Origin: a virus
DNA: 6,118 nucleotides
Strand: one strand, 5' to 3'
Virus record (IMG/VR): IMGVR_UViG_3300045988_009032
Location: 1-6,118 of that record
Below the pieces are notes generated by a model. The model had not been told where the DNA came from, did no database searches, and saw only the letters and a list, made by a program, of their open reading frames with translations. This document shows, one piece after another, positions 1-4,704 of this stretch. The first letter of the stretch is position 1, and each line of letters starts with the position of its first letter. Made by a program: the position numbers and the translations under genes.

Positions 1-55
1 TATATTACCAACCGGGGCATAGGGAACACTAGATAACTGTTCTGTATTAGCATTG
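1..55. repeat. Terminal redundancy, left copy. It is identical to 6064-6118 and is the assembly signature of a circular genome.
   Basis: Bases 1-55 (tatattaccaaccggggcatagggaacactagataactgttctgtattagcattg) match 6064-6118 exactly by direct comparison. Confidence 0.97.
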
Positions 56-366
56 TTAGAAACAGCAGAAGTCATATAGTCCGACATCTGGGTAAATGCC
101 TGTGGAAGCGCACGAGAAATCAAGCGTAACGGCACAGCATAGAAATCGTAATATTCCTTGATACGCGTATAAGCAGCCGTATTCACGGGGACAGTACGGG
201 TAAACCAGTCAGAAGAAATACGATACTTAGTACCAGGAATGGCAATCTGCCAATAGCACGGAAGAATTTCTCCAATTTTTGCCGTAAATAATTTTTTGCT
301 AGACAAATCAAAGGAAGAGCGATGCACGGCAACTCTCGCTCGATCTAGCGGATTAAAATCACTCAT
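1..366 (-). CDS. VP1: Major capsid protein VP1 (phiX174 F homologue), N-terminal 122 codons. The ORF runs off the left edge of the window and continues at 6063 because the genome is circular.
   Basis: ATG at 366-364. My hand translation is MSDFNPLDRARVAVHRSSFDLSSKKLFTAKIGEILPCYWQIAIPGTKYRISSDWFTRTVPVNTAAYTRIKEYYDFYAVPLRLISRALPQAFTQMSDYMTSAVSNNANTEQLSSVPYAPVGNI, with no stop down to base 1. The FDLS, LP, PG, FTRT.PV and EYYDF..VP.RL pattern is typical of microviral VP1 N-termini. 366 nt is exactly 122 codons, and the frame joins in phase to the ORF ending at 4705 through the 55-nt terminal overlap. Confidence 0.93.
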   Translation of the reverse strand, partial: MSDFNPLDRARVAVHRSSFDLSSKKLFTAKIGEILPCYWQIAIPGTKYRISSDWFTRTVPVNTAAYTRIKEYYDFYAVPLRLISRALPQAFTQMSDYMTSAVSNNANTEQLSSVPYAPVGNI

Positions 367-381
367 AATTAATAATTTAAA

Positions 382-2061
382 TTAGACCATACGGTTGAAT
401 ATATTGTTTGCATCATTCAATTTTTTATGCTTAATCATATCACGACAGAATGTTGCACTACGATACCGGAGCTGCTCAAGGAGCTGAACCGTTTCACGTG
501 AAACGTCCGACAAGACATCACGTTCCTGCCCGTTCGCAGGCAGCGCAAACATACAATCCGAGACTTCAGGGTATTGGGCACGGATGTTATATGCATCTCG
601 TAGACTTTCATAATTTTTTTTCGTCTCATATTCTATTCCAGTTTTGAGAATAAACATAATACGATTGGCGTAAGGATCAAGATTATCACCGATGGAAGGC
701 AGATGCCAGTTCCTAAGGAACTTACTGACATGAAGGAATAGCCGATACAACTTATTAATATAAGATTTAATATCGACATCAGAAGAACTGTTACAGCGCC
801 GAGTAAGGCACCGAGCATTATGTAATATAATTTCGTCTTCATTGGTTAGATGATGATTTAATGTAATATATTGATAATAAGCACGAGTTGTAGAAAGAAT
901 AGAATCGGAATCATAATCTATAATACCGAATCTTGCCATTCTCTTCGGCGCGTCTGCAACAGCTCGAATAATTCTAGCAATCGCAACAGCATCGTCATAG
1001 CGAGCACTTGAGAATCGGGGCAATAAGGTACGGATATACGACATGGGGGGAGTTGATTTAACACTGATCCCATTGAAGTTGTAGACTCGTCCATTAATGA
1101 CAGAATCGATTTTTTGTTCAATCGCTTGATAAGGGTCTTCATTCTCATCGAAAACCTCACCCGTTTCAAAGAATCCAAGAGACGCTCTTTGGCAGGGTTT
1201 AAATGCGCGGCATGATCGATATAATAGGGGAGCAGAACTAAGGCTGTTAACGTAGCTCGCAACGTACGAAGCAGCTCCACCGCGGGCAAGCTGGAAATCT
1301 GTACGACCGAGTTTCCAACTCTTATCGTGACACTGTCGTAATACCTCTGAGACTTTCTTCGAGTTTGTGAATAATAAGATATGATAATGCGGGCGGAAAT
1401 GGACTGGGGCATATTCACCCACAGCGTAGAAATGTAGCGATTCATAAGTACCCAATTGTTGAAATAAATGTTTACGTAATCGTTTAATATAGTTCTGAAC
1501 ATCAACATAATTTAAGAATGGTATAAGGTTATTAATACCATATTGTTCAGCAGCGGGATATACCGAATTGTCGACGGCCTGCGATTTATGAATAAAACTA
1601 CGAATAGCATCCATACTAAGAAACCAATTGTCCTTAATAGGCACATATTTCTTAATTTCACGGTCATACGGCACCGTGCCCTGAACTTGCGTGAAGAATA
1701 TATGACGCAATTGGGAAGAATCCTCAGGTTGATATTCAGAGACAGGGATATAAGTGTGGCATTCATAACCGAATACTTGATCTCCTGAGATGCTTAGAGC
1801 GTCTTCATAATCACTATGCAGAACCTCACAATTCATCAGAGGAATATGTTCATTAGCATAAGTAAGTGTTACAAAATAAGAGTATTTGAAAGCACTTCCA
1901 GCGGTCTTCACGCGCATAGACGCTTTTTTCGAACGCTTATGGATACAATAATCGCATTGACCACAATCTACGGCAATACGTGCACCAGTGTAACGATTCG
2001 TGATGAAAGAACGATGCTGACAATGATCGACAGCTTTAATCAAATCAGGAGAAAATTTCAT
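382..2061 (-). CDS. VP4: Rolling-circle replication initiation protein, HUH endonuclease superfamily (microviral VP4, phiX174 A homologue), 559 aa.
   Basis: N-terminal Cys cluster C..H..(x)..CGQCDYC. RCR motif 1-like YFVTLTY (aa 62-68). HUH motif HFRPHYHILLF, with HYH at nt 1381-1389. Double-Tyr motif AASYVASYVNS (Tyr266 and Tyr270, nt about 1252-1266). ATG start at 2061, two nt after the stop of the upstream gene. Confidence 0.95.
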   Translation of the reverse strand: MKFSPDLIKAVDHCQHRSFITNRYTGARIAVDCGQCDYCIHKRSKKASMRVKTAGSAFKYSYFVTLTYANEHIPLMNCEVLHSDYEDALSISGDQVFGYECHTYIPVSEYQPEDSSQLRHIFFTQVQGTVPYDREIKKYVPIKDNWFLSMDAIRSFIHKSQAVDNSVYPAAEQYGINNLIPFLNYVDVQNYIKRLRKHLFQQLGTYESLHFYAVGEYAPVHFRPHYHILLFTNSKKVSEVLRQCHDKSWKLGRTDFQLARGGAASYVASYVNSLSSAPLLYRSCRAFKPCQRASLGFFETGEVFDENEDPYQAIEQKIDSVINGRVYNFNGISVKSTPPMSYIRTLLPRFSSARYDDAVAIARIIRAVADAPKRMARFGIIDYDSDSILSTTRAYYQYITLNHHLTNEDEIILHNARCLTRRCNSSSDVDIKSYINKLYRLFLHVSKFLRNWHLPSIGDNLDPYANRIMFILKTGIEYETKKNYESLRDAYNIRAQYPEVSDCMFALPANGQERDVLSDVSRETVQLLEQLRYRSATFCRDMIKHKKLNDANNIFNRMV

Positions 2062-2063
2062 AA

Positions 2064-2372
2064 TTATTTACGTTTATCAATCACCTGGCGACGGTTACGC
2101 GGGCCAAATGAAACATGAATAAATGTCGGATATATAATAAGTTGATCAAATGGCGAAAAATTATCCGAAAAAATATGAATCATTTCAAGCAACTTATTAA
2201 ATGTAGTAGAGCCATAGGGCTTAATATCGACAGCTTCGCCCATCAGATGTTGAGAATTAGGAGCGCCATTACAAGCCTTATTCTGTTCGGGAGTACGCCT
2301 AGCGCTAGTCACCGAGAAATGAACATTAGAGTACAGCAAATACTCGAAAAAATGCATAAGAGTATAATTCAT
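2064..2372 (-). CDS. Zinc D,D-/L,D-peptidase of the M15 family (Peptidase_M15_3 / VanY-like fold), 102 aa. Candidate endolysin.
   Basis: The signature SARRTPEQNKACNGAPNSQHLMGEAVDI fits the family pattern S-x-x-R-x(3-4)-N-x(3)-G-x(3-4)-S-x-H-x(6)-D. The downstream FIHVSF provides a third His. Putative Zn ligands are His42 (nt 2247-2249), Asp49 (2226-2228) and His86 (2115-2117). The start ATG overlaps the stop of the upstream small ORF (ATGA at 2369-2372). Confidence 0.85.
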   Translation of the reverse strand: MNYTLMHFFEYLLYSNVHFSVTSARRTPEQNKACNGAPNSQHLMGEAVDIKPYGSTTFNKLLEMIHIFSDNFSPFDQLIIYPTFIHVSFGPRNRRQVIDKRK

Positions 2373-2452
2373 AGTCCAATAGCATTAAGAATATAACCAA
2401 GAGCAGCGGAAACAGCACCAATTACAATTTTCCAAATATTACTATTTTTCAT
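2369..2452 (-). CDS. Small single-pass membrane peptide, 27 aa (MKNSNIWKIVIGAVSAALGYILNAIGL). Candidate holin-like or lysis-accessory peptide.
   Basis: ATG at 2452-2450, a short polar/basic N-terminus, then a 19-residue hydrophobic stretch. Its stop overlaps the peptidase start (ATGA). Its start overlaps the end of the 64-aa ORF by 11 nt. The ORF is very short, so the call rests on context and hydrophobicity only. The ORF track shows the same frame open further upstream (to 2593). Confidence 0.4.
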   Translation of the reverse strand: MKNSNIWKIVIGAVSAALGYILNAIGL

Positions 2453-2636
2453 CAGTTTGAGCTTTAAGTTCGACGAAATTGTTTTCTTCTTTAATTGAAT
2501 CCACAACAACAATAAGACCCAGCGGAGAAACTCGCTCAGAATAGTTTCCAAGACCGTCAAGAGAATTGACGACATAAGGCGGTATAACATCACGACCAGT
2601 GTTTTTTTCCTTAAGGGAAATAATAAATTTCTGCAT
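2442..2636 (-). CDS. Hypothetical protein, 64 aa.
   Basis: ATG start at 2636, the first ORF downstream of the long intergenic region. The composition is balanced and globular-looking (MQKFIISLKEKNTGRDVIPPYVVNSLDGLGNYSERVSPLGLIVVVDSIKEENNFVELKAQTDEK). It sits in the same-strand operon. I recognise no family. Confidence 0.5.
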   Translation of the reverse strand: MQKFIISLKEKNTGRDVIPPYVVNSLDGLGNYSERVSPLGLIVVVDSIKEENNFVELKAQTDEK

Positions 2637-2744
2637 AATTGTAAGATTTTAATGTTAATAAATTAATGAGTTTGGTTTCTACGAGGGCAAAGGAAAGAAT
2701 TATTTTTGAATAAACAAAATATTTCGGAGTTTTTTTTATTCTAC

Positions 2745-3010
2745 GGTTAGGGTGTGAGTTGTGCGTTTATAGACAAGAGGAGGTAGAATTTGAGATGATA
2801 ACTCAAATTTCCTTCGGACACAACTAGGGGCTTCGCTTGAATAACATAGGGGTATAGGCACGGCAAGTCAAGTCTGTCTTGCCTTGGCGCACTCCGTGCT
2901 AAAATACCGGAGCGGAACGCTCCTCTAGGGAAGTCGCTCCGCTCCATTTTATACCAGGCCCTACGCGGGCGGCGGGTGTATATCGCTCCAGAGCCGCGAT
3001 GGGCTCTTAG
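2745..3010. other. GC-rich, hairpin- and repeat-dense non-coding island inside the 493-nt intergenic region. It may be a structured ssDNA origin/regulatory element or a structured RNA. The family is unassigned.
   Basis: By hand count, 2821-3010 is 109/190 GC (about 57%), against 23/100 for 2641-2740 and 24/100 for 3021-3120. Helices, in plus-strand coordinates: 2786-2794/2802-2810; 2858-2863/2894-2899, enclosing 2864-2867/2878-2881; 2909-2916/2938-2945, or alternatively 2909-2914/2918-2923; 2958-2961/2967-2970; 2990-2995/3002-3007. Short repeats: CGCTCC x4, TAGGG x4, GGGTGT x3. Confidence 0.6.
2786..2810. promoter_or_regulatory. Stem-loop with 8 Watson-Crick bp and an AT-rich 7-nt loop. Candidate origin or regulatory hairpin.
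   Basis: AATTTGAG (2787-2794) pairs with CTCAAATT (2802-2809). The loop is ATGATAA on the plus strand and TTATCAT on the virion-sense strand. The hairpin sits at the AT-rich edge of the GC island. Confidence 0.35.
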
Positions 3011-3129
3011 TACTGAAGAATGTATACGTAATATTATTTTACTACCGGGTGTCAAAATATTTCGCAAAATCAAATATTCATAACAAAAATAGAGAATAGA
3101 TAAAAATATAAGACAACGAATAGTATTAT

Positions 3130-4245
3130 TTATTTACGGCCAATAGCATTACCAGCTCCTTGGAATATGCGAGTACCATAATCAATAGCATTACGCAATT
3201 CATAAGAATTGACGTCCTTCTGTTTATGTTTAGAAGCCCATTTATAATAATCGCGTAAGGCCTTATCCTTAGAATATTCTACATCCTTAAGGACATTGGT
3301 ATTCTTAAAATCCCAGAGAGAAGACAAACCACGAGCTCGGTTAGACTGGATATTAGCGTAAATCAATGAATCAGCCGTCTGTTCGGCTATTCTATTCTGA
3401 ATTCTAAGACCATTTGTTTCAACAGTTAACTTAACAGCCTTAACCATCTCAGTCTTATACTGGGCTTCGGTAAGAGCACCTTGAGCATACAAATTAGCCA
3501 ATGTCTGACCTTTAATGAACAAATCGGCTTGCTGCTGCTCATCTAAATACTTATTCAATATCTGCTGAGCCTCAGCATCCAAGAGTATCTGAGCTTCTTG
3601 CGCCTGCGTAAGGCGACCTGCAAACTCCATGTTCTTAAGTTCTTGGTACTCCTTAGATTGGTCTAATAATGCGGACTCTCTACCAGTGCTCTTATTCCAG
3701 TAACCAGATTCACCAATGCCAATATTACGATAATCAGTATCACCACGGATTTGTTCAATCTTGTACGGCGTAAGAGCAGCATTCTGTTCGGCATTAAGCA
3801 TAGCAGCACGAGCCTGAGCCATGGAGGCAAGAGCGGAGCCAACGTCGGAGAAGTCCGGACGGAAAGCCTGGAGACTAGGAGGAGGGGAAGCAGAAGCAGC
3901 AGCACCTCCAGAAGCAGGGGCCTTAGAAACGCCAGCACCAACGTTAGAACCAATAAATGGATTAAGACCACGAGAAATCATCTCGTTAGGCGAATTATAT
4001 CGATTATTACGATTCCACATATCAGTTGACCACTGGCGTTGCATAGCAGCCTGATCAGCATTAAACTGATTATTCTGACGGTTAATCTCAACATTAGCAT
4101 CATTAGTGGAAGATTGTGAAGACGCTCCAATAGCATTACCAGCAAGAGAAGCACCAGCAGCAATGATGCCACCAAGAATAAGCGGAGCAATATGCTTTTC
4201 GGAGTGTCCCATTAAGGGGCACTCTCCAATCTCATAGAATCTCAT
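3130..4245 (-). CDS. VP2: Minor capsid / DNA pilot protein VP2 (phiX174 H-like role), 371 aa.
   Basis: N-terminal hydrophobic Gly/Ala-rich segment (IAPLILGGIIAAGASLAGNAIGA). An N/Q-rich block NRQNNQFNADQAAMQRQWSTDMWNRNNRYNSPNEMISRGLNPF resembles the conserved VP2 core (Q..FN...A...R.W...M.N.......M...GLNP). The C-terminal half is long and predicted coiled-coil-like (Q/A/E/L-rich). The position after VP1 fits. The ATG at 4245 overlaps the stop of the upstream gene (ATGA). An alternative start at Met12 (nt 4212) cannot be excluded. Confidence 0.82.
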   Translation of the reverse strand: MRFYEIGECPLMGHSEKHIAPLILGGIIAAGASLAGNAIGASSQSSTNDANVEINRQNNQFNADQAAMQRQWSTDMWNRNNRYNSPNEMISRGLNPFIGSNVGAGVSKAPASGGAAASASPPPSLQAFRPDFSDVGSALASMAQARAAMLNAEQNAALTPYKIEQIRGDTDYRNIGIGESGYWNKSTGRESALLDQSKEYQELKNMEFAGRLTQAQEAQILLDAEAQQILNKYLDEQQQADLFIKGQTLANLYAQGALTEAQYKTEMVKAVKLTVETNGLRIQNRIAEQTADSLIYANIQSNRARGLSSLWDFKNTNVLKDVEYSKDKALRDYYKWASKHKQKDVNSYELRNAIDYGTRIFQGAGNAIGRK

Positions 4246-4691
4246 TGTACACTAGCGGCAGATGCGGAATCCGTAGACGGCGCTGCCTTGTCCTCTGCCA
4301 CTGCCAGCATAGCTTGAGCATATTTAGTAAGCTCAGATTTCTCATTAGCCAATTGCTGCAATACAGCCCGACGCTCAGACATAGTCTGACAATGACGAGA
4401 AATGACACAATTAAATCGTTCCTCATCAGTCATATCGTCCATAGGAGTAGACTGAGTAGGATGCATCTGGGCTAAGATATTATTAACATTCATATCGCCA
4501 AGAAGACGACGGTACTTCTCCTGGTTAAGAAGAATAGAAGTCATATCCATATACATATACGAGCCGTCAGACAATTCTTCCAACATAACCGAATCATATG
4601 CACTAGCTTCGTAACAGGGGTTTCCCTCAATCAATTCAGGAACCACACTATCCTGTTCGAAATCAGGATTTAAATAAGCAAAATTTCTCAT
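4242..4691 (-). CDS. Acidic 149-aa hypothetical protein, possibly an internal scaffolding protein (VP3-like).
   Basis: The first ATG downstream of the VP1 stop is at 4691 (MRNFAYLNPDFEQDS...), 13 nt after the VP1 stop at 4705-4707. The protein is strongly acidic (D/E-rich). It lies between VP1 and VP2 and is translationally coupled to VP2. The functional label is inference from size, charge and position. The 192-aa version in the ORF track begins inside VP1 and is not favoured. Confidence 0.65.
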   Translation of the reverse strand: MRNFAYLNPDFEQDSVVPELIEGNPCYEASAYDSVMLEELSDGSYMYMDMTSILLNQEKYRRLLGDMNVNNILAQMHPTQSTPMDDMTDEERFNCVISRHCQTMSERRAVLQQLANEKSELTKYAQAMLAVAEDKAAPSTDSASAASVQ

Positions 4692-4704
4692 AACGACACA
4701 CAAA

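Noticed and set aside
2939-2955. On the minus strand, GGUAUAAAAUGGAGCGG resembles my recollection of the conserved AUAAAAG-NGG-AGGG segment of twister self-cleaving ribozymes.
   Set aside because: I could not build the rest of the twister fold by hand. There is no CCCAAGC-type loop for the pseudoknot and no convincing P1/P2 partners. The match is to a sequence recalled from memory. A covariance-model scan with the Rfam twister, hammerhead, pistol, hatchet and HDV-like models would settle it.
3013-3019. CUGAAGA on the plus strand, which fits the hammerhead CUGANGA box.
   Set aside because: No appropriately placed GAAA box and no stem II or stem III could be found downstream.
2747-3073. 108-codon minus-strand ORF covering the GC island. 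It is Arg-rich and basic, and could be imagined as a J/VP8-like DNA-binding protein.
   Set aside because: The listed start is a TTG (caa at 3071-3073), and the first ATG leaves only 66 codons. Its Arg codons are a mix of CGA, CGC, CGG, AGA and AGG, whereas the clear genes here use mostly CGT. The frame coincides with palindromes and repeated 6-mers. A 57% GC stretch is expected to be stop-poor by chance. I kept it as the main alternative to the non-coding interpretation, not as a feature.
2701-3091. Bacteroidetes-type promoter -7 boxes (TAnnTTTG): TATTTTTG on the plus strand at 2701-2708, the same word on the minus strand at 3084-3091, and a near match TATTTTG on the minus strand around 2714-2720.
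   Set aside because: The flanks are 23-24% GC, so such T-rich words are expected by chance. Matching -33 TTTG elements at proper spacing were not evident. No canonical intrinsic terminator (a stem followed by a U-run) was found either.
3017-3095. AT-rich palindromic words (AATGTATACGTAATATTAT at 3019-3037, ATTTCGCAAAAT...TTCATAAC at 3058-3083) considered as a XerC/XerD dif-like attP. Some Bacteroidetes microviral proviruses are thought to integrate this way.
   Set aside because: I could not align them to the 11-6-11 dif architecture without indels, and I do not reliably remember a Bacteroidales dif consensus. It is worth a motif search but is not supportable by eye.
3121-3129. TAGTATTAT, one base away from the circovirus/nanovirus origin nonanucleotide TAGTATTAC.
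   Set aside because: It is not in the loop of any hairpin. It lies on the strand complementary to the virion strand, directly abutting the VP2 stop, in very AT-rich sequence where such words arise easily.
3663-4190. Two very Leu-rich hydrophobic ORFs nested in VP2 (3663-3971 and 3978-4190), considered as phiX174 E-like embedded lysis genes.
   Set aside because: They are the +1 reading of the Ala/Ser/Gln-rich GCA/GCT/CAG-repeat coding sequence, which automatically yields Leu runs. This is the same +1-frame stop depletion seen in every gene. The genome already has an M15 peptidase module as a lysis candidate.
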